NCBI GenBank assembly: GCA_963842085.1
Contig: CAWJET010000001.1
Location: forward strand, 992,001 to 1,056,000
From: an uncultured delta proteobacterium
Lineage (GTDB): Bacteria; Desulfobacterota; Binatia; Binatales; Binataceae
Direction: 5' to 3'
DNA: 64,000 bases
Shown here: piece after piece, positions 22,601-32,769 of the stretch
Layout of the letters: the number at the start of each line of letters is the position of its first letter
Position numbering within the stretch: position 1 is the stretch's first letter
Program-made: the position numbers and the translations under genes
Notes under the pieces: generated by a model
Database searches by the model: none
What the model was told of the DNA's origin: nothing
What the model saw: the letters and a program-made list of their open reading frames with translations, nothing else

Positions 22601-23164
22601 ATGCCGACAAAGAAAAAACCAGCGAAACGGAAGAAGGCCGCGAAGCCCGCGCTCGGGCAACTCGAGCAACTGCGCAAGACCGTCAAGGCGCTGCGGGTCA
22701 AGTTCGAGCGCGAGGCCAGGGCGCGAAAGATCGAAGCGCGCTTCAGAAGCGAGGCGCAAAAGGCGCGTGCGCAACTCGCGTCGCAGATAGCGGCACTGCG
22801 CGACCAGGGACGCAAGCTCGCGTCCGAGCTAAGGTCCGCGCTGGGCGACGCTCGCAAGCGCGACGCAGCCCGTCAGCAGGCGATGGCCAGGATTGCGGAC
22901 CTCAGGGCGGAGTATTCGAAGAAGTCCGCGGAGCTGAGGTCGGAGCTATCGCGCACGACCGCGGAACTGGCGCGCAAGTCGGAGGAACTGAAGAAGCTTG
23001 CGGGCGAGGCGGCGCATCGCGCGGTCGAGATAATTCGCAGCGAAGCGCCTCACGCGGCGCCCGAGCCGTCAACCAGCGGGGGCTCAGAACCGCGTGCGGA
23101 ATCCCGGGCTACTTCGGAGCTTGAGGCCAGCGGCTATGAAAAGGAACCTGACGAAGAGCAATAG
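22601..23164 (+). CDS. Basic coiled-coil hypothetical protein
   Basis: GGAGG RBS; MPTKKKPAKRKKAAKP then a long heptad-like helix and an acidic tail. Confidence 0.7.
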   Translation: MPTKKKPAKRKKAAKPALGQLEQLRKTVKALRVKFEREARARKIEARFRSEAQKARAQLASQIAALRDQGRKLASELRSALGDARKRDAARQQAMARIADLRAEYSKKSAELRSELSRTTAELARKSEELKKLAGEAAHRAVEIIRSEAPHAAPEPSTSGGSEPRAESRATSELEASGYEKEPDEEQ

Positions 23165-23316
23165 CCGCCGAAGTGACATGAGAGGACCGGCAGCGCGCGC
23201 CCATCAGGCCCGATTCAGTGATCGGGCCGGTTCTTCCGGGGGGCGCGGTCAGCGAGTCTCCCGCGCGCCGACGGCTCTAAACGGCGCGCGGGAACCCGCC
23301 AGGAAAACGAAATGAA

Positions 23317-23511
23317 TTAGGGCGCGGCCGGGCTGGCTGCGGCAGCAGGGCTCTCGGCCTCGGCAGCGCTGGGCGCCATCGCGGGGCTGGCGGCCTCGGC
23401 AGGCGCGGCCGCCGACGCAGCAGTTTCGGGAGCGGGAGCCGTCTCTTCGGATTTACTGCAGGCCGTCGCGAAGAACATCGAAACTAGTGCCAGAAGCAGG
23501 ACCTTGCGCAT
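23317..23511 (-). CDS. Small Ala/Pro-rich lipoprotein
   Basis: AGGAGA RBS, MRKVLLL...FATAC lipobox, disordered SPAA-rich mature part. Confidence 0.75.
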   Translation of the reverse strand: MRKVLLLALVSMFFATACSKSEETAPAPETAASAAAPAEAASPAMAPSAAEAESPAAAASPAAP

Positions 23512-23720
23512 CGCTTTCTCCTTGGTTGGTCGGTGCTCAATTGAGCGCGGAAACTCGAAACGGGGCAAGAATACGATAGGTGCAGGACAACTTCAAGCGC
23601 GCGTTTTGCCCGGCGTCGGGCAGCCCTGCGCAGTTCGCTCACGGGCGGGCGAGCGAGAAATTTTTTGACTATTTCGTGGGCATCTGTATCATTCGATCAT
23701 TATTTTGCGCCTTGGGGCGG

Positions 23721-23969
23721 ATGAGTGGAGGTAGTCGGGTGGAAGAGCGGCGCGTTATTCTCGTGGGCATTGGGCTCGCAAATCGGCACAATTCTCGAAT
23801 CGTCGAGCATGAACTCGACATGGTGCGAAGCGCGGAGCGTTCGGTCGCAGGTGTGCGGCCACTGACGCGAATTCTCAACTGGCTGATGCCATCGGGACGG
23901 CTGGTAGGTCCTCCGATGCGCTCGGTGGCGCGAGAACTCGAAGAGGCGTATCCCGGCCGCGATATCTGA
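23721..23969 (+). CDS. Hypothetical protein
   Basis: ORF fills the gap before the RidA gene; no recognisable motif. Confidence 0.3.
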   Translation: MSGGSRVEERRVILVGIGLANRHNSRIVEHELDMVRSAERSVAGVRPLTRILNWLMPSGRLVGPPMRSVARELEEAYPGRDI

Positions 23970-24020
23970 GCAAAGACTCGCGCGCATATCCTGACTTCGC
24001 TCGCGGGGAGGGAGACTACG

Positions 24021-24491
24021 ATGAGCGCGATCTCGCGAATCTCGAGCAATACGCCCTGGGAACCGATCTTCGGATATTCGCGGCTGGTCAGGGCGGGCGA
24101 CATTGTCGCGGTCTCGGGCACCACGGCCACCGACGAGCGCGGGCTGATCGTCGGCGCGGGACAGATGTACGTGCAGGCGCGTCAGGCGCTGGTCAACATC
24201 CGCACGGCGCTCGAGCGCGCGGGGCTCGCGATGCATCAAGTAATTCGCACGCGGGTGTTTGTCACGGACATGGGACGCTTTGCGGAAGCAGCTCGCGCGC
24301 ACAAGGAATTCTTCGCCGACTCGCCGCCCGCATCGACCATCGTAGGAGTGCGCCGGCTAGCTAATCCCGACATGATGATCGAGATAGAGGCCGACGCATA
24401 CGCGGGTAGTCAGACGGCGAGCGCGAAGCCCAAGCCGGCGATGAAATCCGCGAAGAAGCCGGCGTCGAAAAAACCCGCGCGCCGCAAGTAA
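24021..24491 (+). CDS. RidA family protein with Lys-rich tail
   Basis: WEPIFGYSR, VSGTTA and IEIEA motifs. Confidence 0.9.
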   Translation: MSAISRISSNTPWEPIFGYSRLVRAGDIVAVSGTTATDERGLIVGAGQMYVQARQALVNIRTALERAGLAMHQVIRTRVFVTDMGRFAEAARAHKEFFADSPPASTIVGVRRLANPDMMIEIEADAYAGSQTASAKPKPAMKSAKKPASKKPARRK

Positions 24492-24511
24492 ACGCGCTCG
24501 ACAGGGCGGGG

Positions 24512-26008
24512 CTACGGATCGAGGGCGGCGGCGTGAATTCCTTCGGCGCCGCTGGCGGACTGAAATGCGTTGGCGGCGGAAGCGATATACGGCTGGGGAT
24601 AGACTCCGATCAAGATCGTAGCGAGTGCGGCCAGTCCGATCGAAGCCACCAGCGCGGGACGTGTACTCAGTCGCCGAACTTCGACGCCGCCCTCCTGCAT
24701 ATACATCGCGACCAATACATAAAAATAGTAATAGGCAGAGACTACGCTATTGAGTACAGCGATTATTACCAGTCCTACGTAGCCCTGATGCAGCGCCTCG
24801 CTGAAGATGTAGACTTTGCCGACGAAGCCGGCCATCGGCGGAACCCCGGTCAACGACAACAGGAAGACAGCCATTGCGCCCGCAAGCAAGGGTTGACGCG
24901 CCGCCAAGCCGCGAAAGTCGCTGATCTGATTGCCTACTTCGCCGCGCTTTTCGAGTGCGATTACTACCGAGAACGCGCCCAGGTTTGTGAATGCATATCC
25001 GAGTAAGTAATAAAGAATCGCCGGACCGGATTGCACTCCCGCCGCTATCCCCAGCAACAGGTAGCCCGCGTGCGCAATCGCGGAGTATGCAAGCATCCGC
25101 TTGATATTGGTCTGGACGACGGCGAGCAGATTTCCGCCCGTCATCGTCAACGCCGCAACTATCCACAGCACTGTCTGCCAGTGCGCGCCGATGGATGCGA
25201 AATCGACCAGGAAAACGCGGACAAAGGCGGCAAACGCGGCGAGCTTGACGCCCACCGCCATGAACGCGGTCACGGGAGTCGGCGCACCCTCGTAAACGTC
25301 AGGCAGCCACATATGAAATGGCACCGCGGCAACCTTGAAGCCGAAGCCGATCACCATCAGGCCGATGCCGAGCAGCAGCAGGGGATTCGATTCCATCGCG
25401 CCCGAGGCAACCGCGTCGTGAATCGGGCCGAGCTTGATCGTACCGGTCGCGCCGTACACCAGCGCGATTCCATAGAGCAGAAACCCGGTCGAGAACGCGC
25501 CCAGCAGAAAATATTTTATCGCCGCTTCATTCGATTTGGCGTTGCGGCGCATGATTCCCGCCAGCACGTACACCGTGATCGACATCGTCTCGAGACCGAG
25601 GAAGATGACTATCAGGTCGCCGGCCGCCGCCATCAGCATCATGCCAAGCGTGGAGAACAGCAGCAGCGAATAGTATTCGGCGCCGGGAATAAGGTTGTCG
25701 GCGGCGTAGTCGAGCGACATCATCACGGTGAACATCGCGGCGATCAAAATCACCAGCTCGAAAAATGCCGAGAAGCTGTCGATCGAGATCGCGCCCGCAA
25801 AGGCGAGACCGCTCTGTCCGAAGATTCCGAGTGTGAATACGAACGCCACGGCCAGCGACGCGAGCGTTATCAGGCCCAACCCTTCGCTCTCGCTATCGTC
25901 CACCTTCACGCCAACCAGCAGCACCACCATCGCGGCCACCGCAACGATGACCATCGGCAGAATTGGCAGCCACACGAAGTTGACCGCGGCCAGGTTAAAC
26001 GGACTCAT
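24512..26008 (-). CDS. nuoN: NADH-quinone oxidoreductase subunit N
   Basis: EAAIKYFLLG, FKVAAVPFHMWLPDVYEGAP and KRMLAYS motifs. Confidence 0.96.
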   Translation of the reverse strand: MSPFNLAAVNFVWLPILPMVIVAVAAMVVLLVGVKVDDSESEGLGLITLASLAVAFVFTLGIFGQSGLAFAGAISIDSFSAFFELVILIAAMFTVMMSLDYAADNLIPGAEYYSLLLFSTLGMMLMAAAGDLIVIFLGLETMSITVYVLAGIMRRNAKSNEAAIKYFLLGAFSTGFLLYGIALVYGATGTIKLGPIHDAVASGAMESNPLLLLGIGLMVIGFGFKVAAVPFHMWLPDVYEGAPTPVTAFMAVGVKLAAFAAFVRVFLVDFASIGAHWQTVLWIVAALTMTGGNLLAVVQTNIKRMLAYSAIAHAGYLLLGIAAGVQSGPAILYYLLGYAFTNLGAFSVVIALEKRGEVGNQISDFRGLAARQPLLAGAMAVFLLSLTGVPPMAGFVGKVYIFSEALHQGYVGLVIIAVLNSVVSAYYYFYVLVAMYMQEGGVEVRRLSTRPALVASIGLAALATILIGVYPQPYIASAANAFQSASGAEGIHAAALDP

Positions 26009-27588
26009 CGTGCGGCCGCCGCCATCTCGGGTTCGCGGTTTGGTAGCGGCCGAGCCGCCGCAAGAGCGGGCAGGCGATTCGGCTGTCGTTCAAGCTCGAT
26101 TTGCGCCTCGGCGAAATTCGCTCTCGCCAGCATCGCAGTCACCGACGGCTCGATCCGGCTGATGAGCGGACGCGGGAAAAGCCCCATGAACAGCATCAGC
26201 GCGATCACCGGCACCATCACGGCGATCTCGCGGGCGTTCAGATCGCGAATCGTTTCGTTCACCGCTCTGGTGATCGGTCCGAACATCACGCGCTCGTAAG
26301 TCCAGAGCATGTACAGCGCCTCCAGGATCACACCCACGACTGCTATAGCCGTCGCCAGCCTGATCCGGATAAACGCGCCGAGCATGATCAGAAACTCGCC
26401 GACGAAGCCGTTGAGTCCGGGCAGCCCGATCGACGAGAGCATCACGACCATGAAGATCGCGGCGTAGACAGGCACGCGCTTCCACAGGCCGCCGAACTCG
26501 GAAATCTCGCGCGTGTGGCGCCGCATGTACAGCATGCCGACCAACAAAAACAATCCGCCGGTGGAAACGCCGTGATTGAGCATCTGGTAAATGGCGCCGT
26601 CGATACCCTCGGGGTTGAGCGCGAAGATTCCCAACATCACGAAACCGAGGTGACTGACCGATGAGTATGCGATCAGGCGTTTGAGGTCGGGTTGCATCAT
26701 CGCGACCAGCGCGCCGTAGATGATTCCGATTATGGCCAGCGCCATGAACAGCGGGATCGCCTCGACGGCGACCGTTGGAAACAGGGGAATCGCGAAACGC
26801 AGGAATCCGTAGGTACCCATCTTGAGCATCACCCCGGCAAGGATAACCGAGCCGGCGGTGGGCGCGTTGGTGTGGGCGTCGGGCAACCAGGTATGCACCG
26901 GCCACATCGGGACCTTGATCGCGAACGCCAGCGCGAAGGCCGCGAACAGCCAACGGCCCTGGGTATGCGTGAGCGGCACCTGGTAGAGCAGCGGCAAATC
27001 GAAGCTGATGCGGTTGAAATGCACGTGCGCCTGGTACACCAGGTACAGGATCGCGACCAGCATGAGCAGCGAGCCGACCATCGTGAACAGTACGAACTTG
27101 ATGGCGGCGTAAACCTTTCGGCCGTGCCCCCAGATGCCGATCAGGAAGTACATCGGGATCAGCATGATTTCCCAGAACATGTAGAACAGGAACAAATCGA
27201 CCGCGAGCAGTGTGCCGAGCAACCCGGTTTCCAGCACCAGCATGAAGAAGCAGAATTCGCGCGGCCGCTCTTCAATATCGCCGCCGCCGGAGTAAAGGAT
27301 CGACAGAGTAATCAAAATAGTAGTCAGTAGAACGAGAAACAGGCTAATGCCGTCAATACCGATATGGTATGTAATGCCGAATGCGGGAATCCAGTCGTAT
27401 TGCTCGGCGAACTGGTAGTCCGCGAGCTGCGGGTTAAATTCAAACAGGACGTAGAAGCTCAGCGCGAGCGGAAGCAGCGAGAAGATAAACGCGGAGTTCC
27501 AGATCGCACGCTCCTCACTCTGCATCAGGATGAAGAGCGCGCCGATCAGCGGCAGGAAAATCAGAGCTGTCAGCACGCCGCCGTTCAT
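26005..27588 (-). CDS. nuoM: NADH-quinone oxidoreductase subunit M
   Basis: GIDGISL, KVPMWPVHTWLPDAH and GLPGLNGFVGE motifs. Confidence 0.96.
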   Translation of the reverse strand: MNGGVLTALIFLPLIGALFILMQSEERAIWNSAFIFSLLPLALSFYVLFEFNPQLADYQFAEQYDWIPAFGITYHIGIDGISLFLVLLTTILITLSILYSGGGDIEERPREFCFFMLVLETGLLGTLLAVDLFLFYMFWEIMLIPMYFLIGIWGHGRKVYAAIKFVLFTMVGSLLMLVAILYLVYQAHVHFNRISFDLPLLYQVPLTHTQGRWLFAAFALAFAIKVPMWPVHTWLPDAHTNAPTAGSVILAGVMLKMGTYGFLRFAIPLFPTVAVEAIPLFMALAIIGIIYGALVAMMQPDLKRLIAYSSVSHLGFVMLGIFALNPEGIDGAIYQMLNHGVSTGGLFLLVGMLYMRRHTREISEFGGLWKRVPVYAAIFMVVMLSSIGLPGLNGFVGEFLIMLGAFIRIRLATAIAVVGVILEALYMLWTYERVMFGPITRAVNETIRDLNAREIAVMVPVIALMLFMGLFPRPLISRIEPSVTAMLARANFAEAQIELERQPNRLPALAAARPLPNREPEMAAAAR

Positions 27589-29510
27589 CGGCCCGTCACC
27601 AGGAACAGGTAGTAGGCCACGATGCCCAACGCACCCAGCAGGTAAACGAATGCGTAGTGCTGGACGTTGCCCGTTTCGGCCCGGCGCGCTACCTGACCGG
27701 AAGTCTGGACGGCAAGTCCGGCGCCCTCGGCGGCGCCGTCGATCACGAAGGTGTCGATTGCGCGGTTGAGTACATTATTCGATACCCAGAACAGAGGACG
27801 CGTGACGATGAAATTGTATAGTCCGTCGATGTAGTACTTGTTGAGTAGCAAGTCGTAGCCGGCCTTGAGCCGCCACGCCAGCAGCATCGGGATTCCCGGC
27901 AGGCGCAGGTACAACACGTATGCGAGCGCTATCCCGAATGCTGAAAAGGCGCTCGCGACGAAAGAGAGGGAAGTTGGGTTCGCCTCGAAGATCGGTTTGA
28001 AGGTACCGACGGCCGGCGTGAGGAATCGCACGAACGCATTTCCCCACAGCAGTCCGCCGGGAAGGTTTATCCATCCGCCGACCGTTGCGAGAATAGCCAG
28101 TACGATCAGCGGAATAGTCATTACGGCCGGGGATTCGTGGATGTGATGCTCTTTCTCAGCATCAACGTGTGACTCGCCGAAGAACGTCATGAAGATCAGG
28201 CGGAACATGTAGAACGAAGTGAAGCCGGCGGTGATCACACCGAGAAACCAGAGCCACGAATGTCCCGAGTCGTACGCGGCTTCGAGGATCAGGTCCTTGG
28301 AAAAATAACCAGAGAAAGGAGGCACGGCAGCGATCGCGAGCGTCGCGACGAACATGGTCCAGAACGTGATCGGCACCTTGCGGCGCAACGCGCCCATCTT
28401 GTTCATGTCCTGCTCGCCGCCGAGAGCATGCATCACTGAACCGGCGCAGAGAAACAGCAGGCCCTTGAAGAACGCGTGGGTCATGAGGTGGAAAATGCCC
28501 GAGGCATACGCGCCCGAGCCGACGCCGAGAAACATGTAGCCGAGCTGGCTGATGGTAGAGTAGGCGAGCACCTTCTTGATGTCGGGCTGGACGATCGCGA
28601 TGCTCGCGGCAAACAGCGCGGTAACCGCGCCAATCGTCGCCACCAGGTCGAGCGCGCTGGGCGCCATCGCATAGATGAAGCCGAGGCGCGCGATCATGTA
28701 CACGCCGGCGGTGACCATCGTCGCTGCGTGGATCAGCGCGCTGACCGGAGTCGGGCCGACCATCGCGTCGGGCAGCCACACATAGAGCGGAATCTGCGCT
28801 GACTTGCCGGTCGCGCCGATGAAGAGCAGGAACGCCGCCGCGGTCGCCGCGGCGCCGCCGAGCAAGGCAGTGTTGTTGCGCAGCTCGACGAAGTTCAGCG
28901 TCCACACGCCGTGCGCGCCGAGGGTGGCGACGATGGTGAAGATTCCGAGCAGAAAGCCCGCGTCACCGATTCGGTTGACGACGAATGCCTTGCGGCCGTT
29001 ATAGGCGTACTGAGGATTGGTGTACCAGAATGCGATTAGCAAGTAGGAACATAGTCCGACACCCTCCCATCCCACGAACATCATTAGCAAGTTGTCCGCA
29101 AGAATGAGTATCAACATCGATAGTGCGAAGAGGTTCATGTAGGTAAAGAAGCGCGCGAAGTCCTCGTCGTGCGCCATGTACCCAACTGAGTATAGATGGA
29201 TTAGTGCGCCGACTCCGGTGACTATCATCACCATCACGCCCGATAGCGCGTCGAGGCGCAGTCCGAACTCGGTGTGGAAGCGGCCCGCCTCGATCCATCC
29301 CCACAGATGCGCGGCCAGCGCGCCGCCCGGGGGCATCGCGAGCAGCGTCACAAATGCCCACGTCGCAACGCCGAAGGCAGCGAAGATGACGCCCGGGCCG
29401 ACGATGTTGACCGCGCTGCGTCCGTACCTGGCGCCGAAGAACAGGTTGAACACGACGCCGAGCGCCGGGAACATCAGGATTAGCGCGAGTGCTGGAAACT
29501 CAACCGTCAT
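27585..29510 (-). CDS. nuoL: NADH-quinone oxidoreductase subunit L
   Basis: GWEGVG, NRIGD and KSAQIPLYVWLPDAMVGPTPVSALIHAATMV motifs. Confidence 0.96.
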   Translation of the reverse strand: MTVEFPALALILMFPALGVVFNLFFGARYGRSAVNIVGPGVIFAAFGVATWAFVTLLAMPPGGALAAHLWGWIEAGRFHTEFGLRLDALSGVMVMIVTGVGALIHLYSVGYMAHDEDFARFFTYMNLFALSMLILILADNLLMMFVGWEGVGLCSYLLIAFWYTNPQYAYNGRKAFVVNRIGDAGFLLGIFTIVATLGAHGVWTLNFVELRNNTALLGGAAATAAAFLLFIGATGKSAQIPLYVWLPDAMVGPTPVSALIHAATMVTAGVYMIARLGFIYAMAPSALDLVATIGAVTALFAASIAIVQPDIKKVLAYSTISQLGYMFLGVGSGAYASGIFHLMTHAFFKGLLFLCAGSVMHALGGEQDMNKMGALRRKVPITFWTMFVATLAIAAVPPFSGYFSKDLILEAAYDSGHSWLWFLGVITAGFTSFYMFRLIFMTFFGESHVDAEKEHHIHESPAVMTIPLIVLAILATVGGWINLPGGLLWGNAFVRFLTPAVGTFKPIFEANPTSLSFVASAFSAFGIALAYVLYLRLPGIPMLLAWRLKAGYDLLLNKYYIDGLYNFIVTRPLFWVSNNVLNRAIDTFVIDGAAEGAGLAVQTSGQVARRAETGNVQHYAFVYLLGALGIVAYYLFLVTGR

Positions 29511-29519
29511 TGATATTCG

Positions 29520-29822
29520 TCACCATCTCAACAGGGTTAGGTCGTCGGCGTGGACGGTTTCGCGATTTCGGAAAATCGAAATTATAATGCCCAGGCCAAC
29601 GGCCGCTTCGGCCGCCGCGACCGTCATTACGAAGAACACGATCACCTGACCGTCCATCGAGCCAAACCGGCTGCCGAGCGCGATGAATGCGAGATTCACG
29701 GCGTTGAGCATCAGCTCGATCGACATGAACATCACCAGAATGTTGCGGCGGATGATCACGCCGGCGACACCGATGGCGAAGATGATCGCACTCAGCGACA
29801 TCATGTAGGTGAGCGGGATCAT
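29520..29822 (-). CDS. nuoK: NADH-quinone oxidoreductase subunit K
   Basis: ELMLNAVN and VAAAEAAVGL motifs. Confidence 0.96.
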   Translation of the reverse strand: MIPLTYMMSLSAIIFAIGVAGVIIRRNILVMFMSIELMLNAVNLAFIALGSRFGSMDGQVIVFFVMTVAAAEAAVGLGIIISIFRNRETVHADDLTLLRW

Positions 29823-30355
29823 GATGCGATCTTCTTCGCCTTAGCGAGGGGATCATCGGTACCCGGCAGCCGCCGCGCCAGCGCTATCGAACCGACCACC
29901 GCCGCCAACAGCAGCACCGAGGTCACCTCGAACGCGACCAGATAGTCAGTGAACAGCTTGCCGGCGAGGCTTGCGAGCGAACCGTAGCCGACCGGCCCAT
30001 GAGTTAACTCCACCTGTAGATGAGGGGGCGCGAAGATTAACAGCAGCTCGGTCATCAGCAGAGCGGCTGCCAGCGAGCCGAAAACCTTGAGCGCGAGATG
30101 ACCCGTGGGACCGGTTTCGACCTGAAGATTCAACAGCCAGATCACGAACAGGAACAGAATCATGATCGCGCCGGCATAGACGATGATCTGCAGGAAACCG
30201 ACCACGACAGCGTTCTCGCCAATAAACAGGATGGCGATGGTCATCAGGGTTGAGATCAGGGCGAGCAGCGAATGTACCGGATTGCGCTGGACAATGACGC
30301 CGAGGGCGGAGACGATCGCCAACGCGCCAAGAAAGATGTAGAGGAACGGCGGCAT
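29819..30355 (-). CDS. nuoJ: NADH-quinone oxidoreductase subunit J
   Basis: NPVHS, QIIVYAGAIMILFLFV and FEVTSVLLL motifs; ATG overlaps the nuoH stop. Confidence 0.94.
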   Translation of the reverse strand: MPPFLYIFLGALAIVSALGVIVQRNPVHSLLALISTLMTIAILFIGENAVVVGFLQIIVYAGAIMILFLFVIWLLNLQVETGPTGHLALKVFGSLAAALLMTELLLIFAPPHLQVELTHGPVGYGSLASLAGKLFTDYLVAFEVTSVLLLAAVVGSIALARRLPGTDDPLAKAKKIAS

Positions 30356-31470
30356 CACTGGACTCTCCCGGTTGCGACCACGACGAATGCGGTCAGCAGC
30401 ACATTGAGGAGTCCGAGTGGCACCAGTCCTTTCCACCCCAGGCGCATCAATTGATCGTAGCGGAAGCGCGGCAGAGTCCATCGCACCATGGCGAGAAAGA
30501 TGCACAGCGCGACCACCTTGACCAGGAACGCGACGACGCCCAACAACGAGACTGCAAGCGCGGGAACCGCGATAAATGCGCCGCCCGGCAGGTGAAATCC
30601 ATCGAGCATCAGCCACGGAACCTGCCATCCACCGAGGAAAAACGTCGTCAGCAGCATCGCGACCAGCGACTGCTCGGCAAAGTCGGTGAGCATGAAGACC
30701 GCCTGCTTGCCGCCCGAGTATTCGGTGAAATAGCCCTGGATCAGCTCCGACTCGCTCTCGGGCAGGTCGAACGGAATGCGCTTGGATTCCGCCGCGCCCG
30801 CTACGAGCAGGAGAATGAAGGCGAGCGGCTGCGTAAAGATTCCCCACCGCGGCAGAAATCCGAACCACACGCCGCCCTGCCCGCGCACGATTTCCTGCAG
30901 GTTCAGTGTGCCGAAGGTCATGATCACCGACACGATCGCGAGTCCCATCGCCAACTCGTACGAGATCATCTGCGCGGTCGCGCGAATCCCGCCGAGCAGC
31001 GCCCATCGATTGTTCGAGGACCATCCCGCGAGCGCGATGCCGTATACGCCAAGCCCGATCGTCGCGAGCAGGTAGAGCGCGCCGGCGTTGAGGTTGGCGG
31101 CCTCGAGACCGATGCGATGGCCGGCGATCGAGATCGTGTCGCCAAACGGGATCACGACGAACGTGATCATCACCGGGAACAGCGCCAGGAACGGCGCGAG
31201 CGTGTGCAGGAATTTGTCCGCGCCGGCCGGGATGAAGTCTTCCTTGGTGAACATTTTAATGGGGTCGGCGATGGTGGTGTTGATGATGCCGAGGTTGGGC
31301 ATCCCTATGCGCTTGCCGAGGCCGGTGACGGTGACGCGATTCGAGCCGATTCGGTCCTGGATGAGCGCGCTGCCCTTGCGCTCGAAATAGAGCAGGAACA
31401 GCGACAGGCTCAATCCGAGCACGATCATCAGGATCGCTTTGATTGCGCCCGCGATTAACTCAATTGTCAC
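30355..31470 (-). CDS. nuoH: NADH-quinone oxidoreductase subunit H
   Basis: ERK..QDRIG, AQMISYE, PFDLPESESEL and PRFRYDQLM motifs; GTG start assumed. Confidence 0.96.
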   Translation of the reverse strand: MTIELIAGAIKAILMIVLGLSLSLFLLYFERKGSALIQDRIGSNRVTVTGLGKRIGMPNLGIINTTIADPIKMFTKEDFIPAGADKFLHTLAPFLALFPVMITFVVIPFGDTISIAGHRIGLEAANLNAGALYLLATIGLGVYGIALAGWSSNNRWALLGGIRATAQMISYELAMGLAIVSVIMTFGTLNLQEIVRGQGGVWFGFLPRWGIFTQPLAFILLLVAGAAESKRIPFDLPESESELIQGYFTEYSGGKQAVFMLTDFAEQSLVAMLLTTFFLGGWQVPWLMLDGFHLPGGAFIAVPALAVSLLGVVAFLVKVVALCIFLAMVRWTLPRFRYDQLMRLGWKGLVPLGLLNVLLTAFVVVATGRVQ

Positions 31471-31960
31471 GTGCGGCAAGCTCGTCGATGAGTTTGAGGG
31501 TGCTTTCTTCGGTGAGGTTTTCGACGAACGCGTCCTGGTTGAGCTGGAGCATCGGCGCGGTCCCGCACGAGGCCAGGCATTCGACCGAGGCCAGCGTGAA
31601 CTTGCCGTCAGGCGTCGTTTCGCCGAGCTCGATTTTCAGCCGGCGCCGGATGCAGTCCACGATTTTGTCGGCGCCGCGCAGCCGGCACGAGAGATTCGTG
31701 CACACGTCGAGCAGGTAGCGGCCGACGGGCTTGCGATGGTACATCGTGTAGAAGGTGACCACGGCGCGAACGTGCGCCGGCGGCAGTTCCATCAGATGTG
31801 CGACGTAGTCCTGCGTCGCATCGCTGAGCCATCCGAACTCGCGCTGCGCGATCCACAGCGTCGGCAGCAGCGCTGCCTGCCGCGTCGGATAGCGGGTGAG
31901 CATTTGGCGGTACTCGTCGAGCGCCGCGTCGGAAAACCTGGGTTGATCGTTCTCGGGCAT
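31460..31960 (-). CDS. nuoE: NADH-quinone oxidoreductase subunit E ([2Fe-2S])
   Basis: TFYTMY, CTNLSC and ECLASCGTAP motifs. Confidence 0.93.
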   Translation of the reverse strand: MPENDQPRFSDAALDEYRQMLTRYPTRQAALLPTLWIAQREFGWLSDATQDYVAHLMELPPAHVRAVVTFYTMYHRKPVGRYLLDVCTNLSCRLRGADKIVDCIRRRLKIELGETTPDGKFTLASVECLASCGTAPMLQLNQDAFVENLTEESTLKLIDELAARDN

Positions 31961-32173
31961 GGCCGGAGTATTACTGAGCCTTCAACATCGAAGTTCTTGA
32001 GTTCGGGAATCTAATGATTGCTAGCTAAAATTTCGCAAATCCGCCAGAGGCACAAGCCTCGCCCCTTGATCGATTCCCGAACTTGCGGGGTCCGGGCAGA
32101 ACGGGTTATCTATCGTCCGCGACTTCGAGGCAAGAGGCGTCGAGCGATTCAGCTTCGAAAATAAACTGGCGCG

Positions 32174-32755
32174 ATGCGAATTATTGCGGGACAAGCTCAC
32201 GGCCGGCGGCTGAAAGCACCGCGCGGCTGGCACACCCGGCCCACTTCGGCGCGGGCGCGCGAGTCGATTTTCTCGCGGCTGGCGGTGCGAATGGATCTCA
32301 GCGGGGTGCGCGTGCTCGACATTTTCGCCGGCAGCGGCTCGCTGGGAATCGAATCGCTCTCGCGCGGCGCCGCGCATGTCACGTTTGTGGATTCCTCGCG
32401 CGACGCGGCCGCAGCGATTCGCGCCAATCTTGTCCAGCTCGAGCTGGGCGATCGCGCGCGCCTGCTCATCTCAGACGTGCGTCGCGCGCTCGCCGAACTT
32501 GGGCGCGCGCACGAGTCGTTCGACCTGGTCTTCGTTGACGCGCCGTACAAGGATGACATGAGTGCGGAGGTCCTGGCGCTGCTTGCTGAACTCCATCTGG
32601 TCGCGCCCGGCGGATGGGTGGTCGTGGAACAATCGAAGCGCGCGCCCGCGGCACCAGCCGCTCCCAGAGCCCACGAGCGCGCATTTGTTGCAACTCTCGG
32701 TGATCATCGGATCGCCTTTTACCGGCGACCCAGTCCGGCGCCGAGTGCAGAGTGA
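32174..32755 (+). CDS. rsmD: 16S rRNA m2G966 methyltransferase
   Basis: MRIIAG, TRPTS, DIFAGSGSLGIESLSRGA and DAPY motifs. Confidence 0.94.
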   Translation: MRIIAGQAHGRRLKAPRGWHTRPTSARARESIFSRLAVRMDLSGVRVLDIFAGSGSLGIESLSRGAAHVTFVDSSRDAAAAIRANLVQLELGDRARLLISDVRRALAELGRAHESFDLVFVDAPYKDDMSAEVLALLAELHLVAPGGWVVVEQSKRAPAAPAAPRAHERAFVATLGDHRIAFYRRPSPAPSAE

Positions 32756-32769
32756 TGGCCTAAGGGAAA

